The translations under genes were made by a program, and so were the position numbers. This document shows, one piece after another, positions 29,205-42,500 of a DNA stretch of 64,000 bases. The notes under the pieces are model-generated. The model saw only the letters and a program-made list of their open reading frames with translations. It did no database searches and was not told where the DNA came from. Every line of letters starts with the position of its first letter. Positions within the stretch are counted from its first letter, which is position 1. Where the stretch lies: contig CAVVUN010000004.1 in NCBI GenBank assembly GCA_963751455.1, forward strand, positions 20,946-84,945. Reading direction: 5' to 3'. This DNA is from Nitrospirota bacterium. GTDB taxonomy: Bacteria; Nitrospirota; UBA9217.

Positions 29205-29903
29205 GTGATGATGAACACTGCTAAATTCATAACAGCCGTATTGGTGTGGACGATCACGACAGCACCAATGGCACAGGCAAAAGCGCATAGGGAAGCCGCC
29301 CTTGCTTGTCCGGCGCAGGCTACCCTATGTCATGAGCCGGTCGGGTCAAGAGCGCCGATCGTGGATCGTTCAAACGGCATTTGTGAGGTAAAGATCAAAG
29401 ACTCGCTCGACAACGGAGATACCAAGGACAAACTCATCGTATCGAACCTTTCCCGTGAAGTGCTGAATGAAGGACTTCTTAATTTCAATCTCGTGAACAA
29501 AGCAGTTCTTTACGGCGGTCTTGGTCATAAGGTCAAGCTGGAGGTGAGCGGCAACAGCAAGGACCTTCCTATTGAACCCGTGGGCGTCGTCATCCTCGGC
29601 ATTGATGGGTTAAGGCAGGATGTGCTATACGACGGGTATGATGCCTCCTATGCAGATCCTTTTGGCTGTGGAGGAGAACCCTGCTATGTTCAGGTAAACG
29701 AGACCAATCTTCCCGGCCTGTCGCAGATCATGAAATCCGAGGCGACGATTAAACTCAAAGATGTCACCGTCATCTTCCCCTCCATTACCTTCGCTTCGTG
29801 GGCCAGTATATTTACCGGTGTGGCCGCCGGAACTGCACAAATTACTGTTCGTAATGGAGATAAAAAGCTTGTAATCGATGCTATCGTTCAACCAAAACGA
29901 TAG
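29205..29903 (+). pseudogene. Orphan fragment of a third NPP-cassette allele fused to an Ig-like (Big_2-type) tail
   Basis: ~29372-29820 aligns with the module proteins (VLYGGLG..PIEPVGVVILGIDGLRQDVLY..FPSITFASWASIFTG), then switches to VAAGTAQITVRNGD; later metal ligands missing. Confidence 0.75.
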
Positions 29904-30009
29904 GATGGTACGAGGTGTCGCAGCATTTCGATGCGTTTCTACACGCAGCCATCAAAAGACTTGAAATTGATTGATATATCGCGTTGCCGAGCTAAAAGAG
30001 GGGTAAGGG

Positions 30010-30468
30010 ATGTCAGAGTCTAAGAGAAATATTCGAAATAAAAGTTCGATTATATTCATGATCATTGTTTGTATTTTATTGCTGATGCTCGGACACGTCT
30101 TCGCCTCGTCTAATGATTCCGTTCAACTTCTTAAGATATCTGCCCAAGACCAGCGGGCGGTCATCAAGACTTCTGACGGGAAAATGCAAATAATCAAGCC
30201 GGGGGACGTGGTAGGTGACGAGAGTAAAGTCCTGGAAATAACCGCAGGACGAGTTGTCTTCGAGGAAAAGAGAAGTAACGATCTGGAGCAGGTGATCGTC
30301 AGGCTGGAAAACGGAAAGCAGAGAGTGGAGAGAATAAAGAAGGCTGGTGAAAAGCAAGCGCAGCTTTATGCTGTTAAGTCGCCTCAGGAACAAAAGGAAA
30401 AAATAAGAGAGCGTCAGAAGGATAAAAAGAAAAAAGGCAAGAAGGAAAAATCCAAGCAGCGGAATTGA
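30010..30468 (+). CDS. Small exported PilP/GspC-HR-like protein, module 2
   Basis: N-terminal hydrophobic segment; RAVIKTSDGKMQIIKPGDVVGDESKVLEITAGRVVFEE; Lys-rich tail. Confidence 0.72.
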   Translation: MSESKRNIRNKSSIIFMIIVCILLLMLGHVFASSNDSVQLLKISAQDQRAVIKTSDGKMQIIKPGDVVGDESKVLEITAGRVVFEEKRSNDLEQVIVRLENGKQRVERIKKAGEKQAQLYAVKSPQEQKEKIRERQKDKKKKGKKEKSKQRN

Positions 30469-30554
30469 CTGCGGAAAAAAGCGGACAATCTAATTCACCT
30501 GTATAACGAGCGGCAGGATCATCGGTTCATTCAGTTTCTGCGGGAGGAGATTCA

Positions 30555-33500
30555 ATGAACAGACAATCAGCAACAAGTTACAAAATACTTGTGTTCTTTC
30601 TCATCTCATTATTATCCCTGGCTGTCGCTCACGACTCCTCCGCACAGGACTTCACAGCACTGTCCCTCGGCGATTACGGGAATGTCACCGTCATGGAGGT
30701 GACAGGGAACTATGACGCTATAAATCCCGATGGCACGCAAAACACCGCTGCGCGGGAAGCCATTGCCAAGGAGCTTTATCGACTGCACAAGGATGAATAT
30801 GATTTCCTCGTCCTCTTTTCTAATTTCCCTTATCAATTGCCTGCTACCGACATCGAGGGGTTCTATATTCCCGTTAAGAACGACACGCAGGGCATCGGCG
30901 TGGAACCATTCGACAACACATCGTTCTTCGGCAGCAACGGCACGCTCCAGGGCATCGTTGAAATGGGGAATATCGGATCGTATGTAACCGATCCCCTGGA
31001 CCCCAAGTTCGAGGAGACCTTGTATGTCCTGAACCACGAGCTCCTGCACCGCTGGGGCGCATATGTAAAATTCAAGGACTCCGCTGGAAACCTCAGCACG
31101 GCGCTCCTCGGCCGGGAAAACAGCCACTGGAGCTATCTCCTCAATTCCTATGGTTCCGTGATGCTCGGCAACCAGTGGCAAGACAATGGAAACGGGACTT
31201 TCACCTCCATCGCGGCGCAGAAGTATTACAGCCCTCTTGATCTTTACCTCATGGGATTCATTGATAAATCGAAAGTCCCACCCATGCTGTTGATCGACAA
31301 CCCTTTCATTGATCCCGCAAAACTACCCCAGGTAGGCGCAACGATTGCCGGTACATCACGGTACGTCACCATCGACGACATCATCGCCGCCGCAGGCCCG
31401 CGTGTTCCGGCCGCATCAACGTCTCAGAAGAGCTTTAAAATAGGGTTCATCCTGGTTACCACGCCGGGAGCGTTCACCGGCAATGAAATTTACGGCATTG
31501 AGAACATCCGGAACGGAGAAATAACCCGGTTTTCGGTGCTTACCGACGGCAAGAGTATCATCGAAATCGCATCCACACCAAAAGAAGACCTTCCCACTAA
31601 CCCCGGTGTACTTCCGCCGACTACAACGCCCCGGACGCTCCCGCCGAACATTGAGGACGGCATCAACTGGCTTGTGAGCAATCAGCAGCTTGACGGAAGC
31701 TGGACAGACGATGCCAATACCATAGAGCGTGACACTTCTCAAGCGGTCCGCGTGTTGAAGGACTTCGCTGTCGCGCAGCAGAACTATCAATCAGGGCTTG
31801 CATGGCTTGCGGGGGTTGTTCCGGATAATGCCGATTACCTGGCGAAAAAGATAGAAACGCTTGCGGTTTCAGGACAGGATGTGCTCGCCTTGGTTCAGCA
31901 ACTGCTGGCTATACAGAATTCAGACGGCGGTTGGGGTAAGGGTAAAGATTATTGGAGCAACCCTGCGGATACTGCCTTGGCTTTAAAGGCCCTGTCATAC
32001 GGAGGCTATTCAGATCAGCAGATTATATCGAAGGCAATCGGATATTTGAAGTCACAGCAGAACCCGGACGGCGGGTGGGGGAGCGAGGACAAAGGCGGGA
32101 TGGTACAGGAAACCTCGAACGTCCTCTCTGCCTTCAACGCATACCGGACCTCGTATCAGCTTGAAGACGCTATTTCGCTCGGAACGTCGTGGCTTATCGC
32201 GAAACAGAACCCGGACGGCGGTTTCGGCAACAGTCCCAGCACGGTATACGATACTGCGAACGCGCTTCTGACGCTCCAGGAGTTGAATGCGTCGGCAGAC
32301 GTGACCTATAATGCCTTGTCCTATCTGTTCAGTCAGCAGTCTGAAAACGGCAGCTGGAACAACAGCACTTTCCAGACCGCGCTTGCCGTTCTTGCGGTAT
32401 ACAAGTCAACAGTCGATCCCGACCTGTCGATAAAATCCGAAGACATCACCATCATTCCTGAAACAATCAGGAGCCTGCCTTCGAACATTGTTATTAACGC
32501 CAATATCTGGAACCTCGGCAGGACAGCCGTGCCCCAGGCCAGGGTTGTGCTGTACGAGGGCGATCCCTCGACAGGCTCAGGACGGGTAGGGGAGCAGACG
32601 CTCGCTTTCCCGGGCCAATCGTCGACTGCCGTAACTTTCTTCGCTACAGCCAGGGACGGAAACGAACACCGCTTTTATATAGTCATCGATCCGGAGAATG
32701 AGGTCAAGGAACCGAACAAGCTGAATAACTCAGCAGTAAAGGTACTCTATCCCGAGGCGACGTATGATTTCGAGATTCTATCGTCCGACGTAACTGTCTC
32801 AGCCAATACTGTGAATATGCAGCAGGATGTAACGCTTACAGCAAAAATAACAAACAAGGGCACGATGAACGCCTACAACGTCCAGGTCAGGTACTTTATA
32901 GACGAACCAGGCGCGCCCTTCGAAATCGGGACAAAAACACTTGATATTCCTGCAAACGGCTCGGTTACGGATACTTTCACTTGGCGCGCAAATAAGGCCG
33001 GTGCGAACCTGCCCGTTTCCGTTCAGGCCGACCCTTTCGACAACTTTGGTGAGCTTTCCGAAACGAATAACAAAGGGGCTGCTACACTGACCGTTAATTC
33101 TGCTACAAGGCCGAATCTAGTCATATCTTACAGCGACCTTGTTATTACGCCCAGCCCGGCGAACGAGGGGGGAAATGCCACTATTTCTGCGCTCATTAAA
33201 AACGAAGGGTTGTCTACGGCGAACAACATTCTCGTCAATTTCTATAAAGGAGTTCCGGGCGCGGACGGCGTGGTTCTCGGCAACAGTACCATCCCATCGC
33301 TCGCACAGGGCCAGAGCACGACTGTTTCTTTCAATTGGACAAACATTCAGGAAGTTGGCGAAAAAGTCGTCTACGTACGGGTCGATCCTGACAGCAGGAT
33401 CGCTGAGATAAGAGAAGATGACAATGACGCTTTTACGATCTTGAATATTTTAAGCCTCCCTGACCTCGTTGTCTCTGATAATTCAATAACAATCACACCG

Positions 33501-36500
33501 GCGTTTCCGAAAGACGGTGACAGCGCTTCCATCACAGTGACGATTCAAAACAGCGGCATGCAGGCTGCCCAGAACGTCATTGTAAATTTAGTGGAAGGAA
33601 ATACGACAATCGGTTCGACCACGGTCCCGTTGATTTCCGGTGCATCGCAGGCGGATGCAACGTTCGCGTTCGAAACAGCCGGTAAAACAGGCACGCATCA
33701 ATTAACCATTGAAGTAGATCCAGGAAACAATATCGTTGAAAAGAGCAAGGACAATAACGCTGCAGCGAAGACGATCATTGTACAGGATGCTGACTTCTGG
33801 TTGTCAGAGCAATATATCTCCCCGAACGGTGACGGCGTCAAGGACAACACGCAATTGTCCTTCAGGTTCAATGCGCCGCAAACGGTAAGGGTTGTCGTGA
33901 TTGATAGCGCCGGCGAAACGGTAAGAACGTTCAACGGCTCCGGCCTGACAAACGTCCAGGAAGGCAACATTATCTGGGACGGGCTCGACGACAACGGCAT
34001 GGTTGTCGCGGACGGGCAGTATCAATTAAAGGTTTTAGATGCGAGTAACACGACTGTCAACAGCGCGTTGGTTACTGTAGACAATAACCAGTCTCCACTG
34101 ACGGACGCGCTCGGCACCGAATATCTGACCACTAAGAATGTTTCCTGCAATCTTCGCAACCTATGGGAAGGCTTCTGGCATTGGATGCCTGACGACAGCG
34201 GTTTAGTGTTTTCCGTGGACTATGATCCGTACAGCAGCCCCAAATACTATGAGGGCATTTATATCATGTCCCCGGACGGATTGGACATTCAAAGACTGGT
34301 CCCATGGGATTGGCAATGGAAGGCAAGCGACACCAATAAGCGATACAATTCCTATATTCCTCACGTATCTCCTGACGGCACTAGAATTGCTTTTACGGCA
34401 GACCATATATCATCCAGCACAAATGAGCTGTGGATCGTAGATGTAGACGGGAAGAACCAGACGCTCGTGGACCAGAACGTTTACGATGATTATATCTGGA
34501 CAGTCGGGCCGGTTTATGTCAAATGGTCGCCGGACAGCAAATATCTTATCTATTTCAAGGCCAACAACAGCATATATGATTTATGGATCGTGAACGCGCA
34601 AACCATGGAACGCAGAAAAATAGAGGCAAGTGTTGCCACGTGGTTTGTTGAATGGTCTCCTGACAGCAAAAGAATTGCATACGGCCGTTTTACCGGGTCG
34701 TATAATTCCTTTGAGGCGAAAATTGCGGACGCAGCCGCGTTGACAATAACGAATACGGCCATAACAACACAGGAAATGTTCTGGCTGAACACTGATAAGC
34801 TGATTCTGACGACTCCTCAAAATACGTTGTGGCTCGTGGATGCAACGGTGGGCGGAAATACCATCATGCTGCCTTATAGCATAAACGCGGGCGATTCATT
34901 CATGAAGTCGGTGTTTATCGCTCCGGACAGACAGCATTTTGCATTTCAAAACGACCACTCAGACGAAACGAACTACCTTTATGTATCAGATAGTGAAGGC
35001 AATGTGTCCATCGTGCATGAGTTCGACTACCCGTACCAGAGGCTGGAATATAGCTCATACTCATTGAGCTACATCGGATGGTCGCTCAACTCGAAAAACC
35101 TGTTCTTTCTCGAGACAACCTACGATTCCAAGCTAGGCTATCCTCAAACGCTTCACTATGTCGATATGACAGCAAAAACCGAAAAAACATTCGGCTTCAA
35201 ATCAATTACTGATGACTGGGTACGTTATTATAACCCCGTCACTTTTGAAGCATTGCCTGGAGACCAACTCTTAATTGCTGTTAACGGTGATAGTTATTAC
35301 GTACTTGATGCCAAGACCGGGCAGTCTTCGCTTTTGGTCTCCTATCCAACTGATATCCTTTATAAGAAATTGGTTTCCCCGCTCGGGCATTATATCGCAT
35401 ATCATCAATGGGATGATACATCATATGGCTGCGTGAATAATTACTCGGCTTTGCACATCATCAGCTCTCTTCTCAACCTCACCGCCGACCTGCGGGCGGC
35501 CAAGGGAACATCATCGGTTATTCTCAAAGGAATTGCGGCAGATCTTAATTTTGACAGCTATCAGCTCGAGTATACAGACGCGGGTAATCCCGGCGCCTGG
35601 AACCTAATCGCGCCGCCTTCTAATTTCCCAGTACTGAACGACGTGTTTACCACTTGGGTCCCGCCCTATAAAGGCAGTTTCTATGTCAGGCTTACAGTTC
35701 GTGACAAGGCAGGAAATACAGCAATCAGCAGGAAAAAGGTTTCCTGGGGTCTTTCATCGAGCATAACGAACCTCTCTAAGTCCCTTGAAATATTTTCACC
35801 GAACGGCGACGGTGTCAAGGACACGGTTGAACTCCATTACAAAGTCCTGGAGCCGGTTCATCTGGAGTTTGATGTATATGACGAAAACAAGAGGCTCCTG
35901 AAAACACTTTACAAAGACCATGCTTCACCTGCGGAAGACTACATCTCCTGGGACGGAACCGATCAGTCTGGAATTTCCGTTCCTGACGGATCGTATACGA
36001 TTTCGGTCTTCGATTATGTTTTCTTTGTCGTCGTCGATAATACGCCGCCTGATGTGACTATTGCATTGGGTAAGATCAGTGCTACTGAATACCATAAGGA
36101 ACCGTACAAATTGTTTGTGAACTTAAACAGTCATGCGTATGATGATAATTTTAGAAACTGGACAATTGAATATGGCGAAGGCGATAATCCGCAAACCTGG
36201 CATACGCTTTTAAGCAACGACAGTCCGCTCGGGAAACGGGACGAGCAGGGAAACCTGATAAAGCCCATAGAAGACACCACAGTAAAATCTTATTGGGGGA
36301 CGGACATTGGATGGCTCAAAAGGAAGAAGCTGAGGATTTCCGGAGAGGACAGCGCTGGGAATAAGCATACTGCTATTACTGAATTCGTGGAAGAGAAGTT
36401 TGTTTTTTACGCGTGGGACAATGGAGTATTACAGCCTGACATTGACATACCCGCTAACTCGGTACGACCCGGACCGCACACGATCGGAAGCTTCGAAACC

Positions 36501-39500
36501 ATAAGATCGTCGATTGCCGGGATTACTGTGCAGTATCTGGCCGATGATGGACATTGGCATGACAGCCAGGCTGCAGTCAATTCCGAAGCCGGCAGTCTGA
36601 AATTACAGTGGGATACGTCAACTCTGCAGCAGGACTTATACGTTGTAAGGCTCAAGGCAGTCGATATATCGGGAAGAGTCTATTATTCGAGCGAGATCGG
36701 GACGAGCTCCATGTTTGCCATTAAATCACCGCTCTGTTCCAGGCAACTGGCCGCCAACAACTTTGTCCGGGAAAAACTCAGCGTGCTTAAACTCCAGGTG
36801 AAGAGCAACGAGGATGCGAATTACCCGGTATGGACTGACTTCAAAATATTCGACGCTGCAAAAGGCGATGTCATACCCGAAGGCCGACTTACGTTTTTGC
36901 CTCCTATTGTATTTGTTGGGATAAAGTATGATGTCCGAATGGTCGGGACTGGAGAATCCGGTAAGGCCTATATTAGTGACCCGACTGGTTACCCTCCTCG
37001 ATGTCCGATAAAAATAACTCTTGATGTTTCACCGAAGATAGCCGATTGCGGCTCACTGTCGAATAGCTCAGTTCTCCGCTCGATAATTGAATATGACGGG
37101 ACACTCTCTAACGTGGCATTGAAAACTCTGAGCTATTATTTGGAGACAGGGCAGGGATTGCAGCTATTGTACAAGATCGACAATGCTATAAGCCTGAACA
37201 ATAGCGCAACCATCGATACTTCTAGTTTGACGGAAGGCAGCTATACCGTAAAAGCCGTTCTCAACTACACGGACTTGGATGATAATACACCATATGATGT
37301 ATCATCCGAGCCCGCAGCACTGATCATTGATAAAACACTACCAACTGCTCATCTGACATACCCTAGCAATTCAGTCAGAATATGCCCAGTCAAGATCTCT
37401 TTTGAAGACGGGGAGAAATATGTTATTCCGCTGGAAGGTATTGCAGATGACACCGATCGTATTTCTCAATATGATGTTTATTATAACACGGGTGAGGACA
37501 CAGTTGAATGGTCGCACACCGGGGTATGGGGGCCATCCTCGAAGACAGGAACGCTAGGAGAGTGGGACATTACCAACGTGGTGGAAAGTGATTTTTCTTT
37601 AAAGCTGAAAGTTGTCGATAAGGCAGGAAACTCAACGTGCGCAACGGCTGCTTTCAGCACGGATACAGCAATTGAAATAACCAGCCTGTCAATAAACCGG
37701 GAATTATTTTCACCGAACGATGATAGCGTTGCTGATGAGGCATGGGCAGATTACCAGGTCGATGAGTACGCGGCAATTGACGCAAAAGCGTTCAAACTGG
37801 TTAAGGCTGCGGGCGGCAACTACACACTCGACGCCGCACCGGTAAGAACGATCGTCTCAGGAGCGCAGCACGTCGGCGGAATCGGGACGGTCTCATGGGA
37901 CGGCAAAGATGACGCCGGATCAATAGTGCCCGATGGACATTACGGAGTAGCTGTTACCGCCATTGATACCTGCGGAAATGCCGCACAGAAGTGGGAAACG
38001 GTTGAAGTGGATAATACGCCGCCCACTACAGAGATCGGCTATCCGCAGCCCGGAGCGCCGGTCGGTAACGTTATCGAGGTAAAAGGCACTGCCTTCGATG
38101 TCCATTTCCAAAATTTCACGCTTGAAGCAGGAGCTGACGACAATCCTGACACATGGTCTTCTATCTCGTCGAATGGAAAACCGGTAACCAATAATATTCT
38201 CGGCACGTGGAATACCTTCGGATTGAGTGGAAAGTGGACATTGCGTTTGAGCGCGACGGACAATGTCGGCAACAAGAATGAATCGAGAGTCGTGGTAGAT
38301 CTCGGCGCCAGAAAAAATCTGATCAAGTCGCTGAGCGCATCACCCTCGCTTTTTTCACCCAACGGCGACGGTAAGCTCGATACCGTAACGATTCAATACG
38401 AATTGACCGATACCTCCGATGTAACGATCGAAATCATCACTCCTGACAATCTCGTACGAAAGGTGCATACGATTTCCACTGTCGCGGCGGGCGTAAGCAC
38501 TTGGACATGGAACGGAACGGATGAGGCCGGCGTCGTTCTCCCAGACAATGCATACGAGATGAGACTCACTGCCGCGCTTTCGAGCATGAGCGAGTTCAAT
38601 CAGACTGAGTCGATAACAGTATCCATAGATACCACACCCCCCACGGTGGATATGCAGCAGCCTGTTGCAAATTCCTTTGTCAGAAACGATATAACCGTAA
38701 CCGGCAGCATTTCTGACCTCAATATTGCCGAATATTCCGTTTCCTATGCAGGACCCTCAGGAGCGGTGCAGGTGGATGAAGGCAGTCAAGAGCGAGTAAA
38801 CCATGCTTTTGCGATTATCAATGACCTTCCAGACGGCACTTATACGCTTAACCTGAAAGCGAAGGACATTGGCGAGAATGCCGCGGAAAAGAACATCACT
38901 TTTACTGTTGATAGAACTGCTCCTGTGCTGACCCTTAACACGCCAAAGGACGGCGGATACTACGGCGGAGAGAACGCGGTTATAACTATCTCCGGCGCCA
39001 TAGACGAGAAGAACCTTGATACGTATAGTCTGCGATATGGAACCGGGGAAGATCCGTCTGAGTGGACGGAACTGACGGGTGGTACTGTGACTCCTCCAGA
39101 TCAGCAGCTCTTCACGTGGGACGTAGGGCCGAATAGCGGACTTTCGGACGAGCTCTATACAGTTTCCCTTTTAGTTGTTGACAAGGCAGGCTCTGCATCG
39201 GATGCCAGAGCGAAATTAACTATCGATAATACCATGCCGATAGTGTCTATTACCTCGCCTGAACAGGGGGCCCTTTTCACGGCCGCAACCGAGATTGCTG
39301 GGACCGCTTATGATCAGAATCTTGAAAAATATACTGTTGAAATGTCTAAGGGCCAGTGCTTTGATGCATATCAGTGGTCAGCGATCAAGACCGGATCGTC
39401 ATCCGTACAGAATAGTGTTCTGGTTTTGTGGCAGGCGCTTCCTCTTGACGGCGTTTACTGCCTTAGGACGACCGTATTCGACAAGGCTGGAAATAGTGCG

Positions 39501-42500
39501 GAAGCCAAAGTCGATGTTAACGTGGATATTAACCCCCCGCCTGCTCCAATACTCTCCGGCGCGATCGAAAATAGGACGAATGTAAGGCTCAGTTGGGCCA
39601 GCGAAGCTGACTCCGGGTTATCTTATAATGTTTATCGAGACGGCGTGAGGATCAATCAATCGGCCATTACTCAAGCCTCATACATCGACCTGAATCTGGC
39701 TGAGGGTCTGTATGTCTATACGGTGAAGGCCGTAGACTTTGCAGGTTTGGAAAGTGGACTCTCGAACCAGATCCCGGTCAAAATAGACTTAACAGGACCG
39801 GATGCGAGAATACAGGTGCCGCAGGACGGGTCCCGAGTGAGCGGAATCGTCGATATCAAGGGTACCGCGTACAGTGCGGATGACTTCAGGCTATACAGGG
39901 TATCTGTCAGTTCAGGGAGCACTCCAGTCTCATGGATGCTTCTGAGAACATCACCATTACCGATTACGTACGGCGTACTCGCACAGTGGGATACCTTGAG
40001 CGTTTCAGAGGGTCTATATTCCTTCAAGCTTGAAGCGGAAGATACAGCCGGAAATATGACATCCAAGCAGATTACTGTCTCCGTCGACAATACACCTCCA
40101 GCAAGGCCGTCGCTTTTGTCGGCTGTGCCCAGCGGATCGAACGTTACAATCACATGGCAGTCGAACACGGAGCAAGACCTCGCAGGGTACCTGCTGTACC
40201 GGAACGACCAACTCGTTAATGCGACGGGTATAGCAATCGGAGATCTGAAACCTTATCTCATCTCCGGCGTTACATATCTGGATAGGTCCGTATCTGACGG
40301 CGTGTCGGGTTATTATCTTGTAGCCATGGATCAGGCCGGTAATACGAGTGATCCGTCGAATATTATCCAGGTTAATATCGATAGCCGCTCGCCCGTGGCA
40401 ACTATAACCAACCCTGTGAACTTGTCCGCGTTCGACGGCAAGACGCTCATCCAGGCCGATTCTCCAGACAGCGACATTGCGTCAGTGCAATTCCAGTACA
40501 AGCGTTCGACAGCCAGTGTGTGGGTAAATCTCGGATCCGCTGCAGTTGCAAGGCCTTATGCCGTGCATCTCGATCCCAGCCGTAATGGATTAACGTATGG
40601 CGACTATAACGTGCGGGCTGTGGCAAAAGATATTGCAGGCAAGACCGATGCTGCACCCTCGTATATTACTGTAACATACAAAGATATAACGTCTCCTGCT
40701 GTCCCGAACGGCGTCACTGTACAGACTATCGGAAACAGTAACACTGTGACGTGGAACGCCTGCACTGAGACCGATCTGGCTGGATACAATGTCTACCGGA
40801 CATCGGGCGGAACAAGGATAAAAATCAATACCACAATTGTGCAGCAGGCAGTCTATCAGGACAGCAGCCTTGCTGATGGAGAATATTCATATGAGGTTAC
40901 GGCAATAGATGCAATCGCTAATGAAAGCAATCCGTCTAACGCAGTCTCGACGAAGATATACGCGCCGATACTGCAACAGCCTGAGACTTATACTGAAAAG
41001 GGAAATCTCCAAATTCTCGGCGGCAATGCTGCACCGAATGCGATTGTTGAAATCTTCGTAAATAACGGCGACGGGCCGTTTTTGAAGGGGTCTACAGACA
41101 GTGATGGCGAGGGCAATTTTACATTCGTGGCAGCATTGCAGCCGGGAGACAACACCATAACAGCCAGAGCAAGCGATGCAGGCAATATCAGCAGGGACTC
41201 AGACGCAGTTTATATACTTTACAACGCGCCTCCTGCGGCTCCGACCGGACTCACAGCAACAAATCAGAATTTCGATGTCATGCTCTCCTGGGATCCGAAT
41301 TCGGAACAAGACATAGTTGGATACAACGTCTACAGGAAAAGCGAAAAAATCATTTTCCCAGATGCTAAGGCGACCGGCACTGCAAGCGCCTCTTCTACCT
41401 CGGAGCCGTATGTCTCGTTTTCACCCTCCATGGCTCTCGATGATGACTTATGGTCTATGTGGTTGTCAAAAGCAAGCTTCTATACTTTTAGCCCTGTCAG
41501 TTGGGAGGTTGATTTCGGGGAACATGAATTCATCAATCACATTGAGATCACATGGTATATAGCTATGTATTCGGGACGCGATTACGAAATTCAATTTTGG
41601 AACAATAGTGAATGGATTACTCAAATAAAGGTGATAGCAAACAACAGCGAGATTAATTATTATGATATTGAGCCGACATTTGCGACGAGCAAAGTTAGAA
41701 TTTATATAACGGACACAAATTATCCGTACAGCACAAAATATGTCGCTATACGGGATATACAGATTAAGAAGCAAGATTTTGTAAAACAAACTTTATTCAA
41801 GGATCTTAATTTGCCGGATGGACAGTATCAATATACAGTAACTGCTGTAGATCGATACGGACTCGAAAGTGCGCATTCCAATCAGGTTAACATCGGAGTC
41901 GGAGACGTAACTCCGCCGTCTGCGCCGACCAATCTCTCTGCAATGGCTTCAGACTCCGATATTATTTTGACATGGAGTGCAAGCCCGCAATCTGACGTCG
42001 TTGGTTATAATATTTTCAGAGGCACGACGTCAGGCGGGCCATATACAAAGATCAACACGACTTTAATTGATACAAATAACTATTTGGATACAAGTAAGAC
42101 GACCAGCATCTACCGATATTACGTTGCTTCTGCCGTAGACGCTGTCGGAAATGAGAGCGCATTTTCTAGTGAGGCATTCGTCACCATTGTTGACAATGAA
42201 GCGCCTGAAAAACCGGTCATATATGAACCTGCCATCAGCGGAATGCCGGTAACTCTTCAATCCAGCACTACTACTATTTCAGGCTTTACGGAGGCAGCTG
42301 CTTCGGTTGAACTGTTCAGAGATGATGTCTCTCAGGGTAAGGTCTTGTCATCAGAGAAACCTAGTATTCAGCAAGTAACAATACCTTTGGACGCTTATAG
42401 CGCGGCATTGTCTCCAGATGAAAATATCGTAGCATACGTCAGGCAGGGAGCTCTCTGGCTTAAACAGCTAGATTTGGGGATTGAAAGTCAGGTTCTGGCG

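Noticed and set aside
31660-32420. Squalene-hopene cyclase or alpha-2-macroglobulin
   Set aside because: QW repeats only; no DxDD or CGEQ motif; embedded in a secreted Ig-rich protein.
32565-32584. REP-like half element ccctcgacaggctcaggacg (PSTGSG) in the giant gene
   Set aside because: It resembles a repeat type I recall, but there is no second copy in the window and it fits the normal CARDB loop Y.GDP..G.
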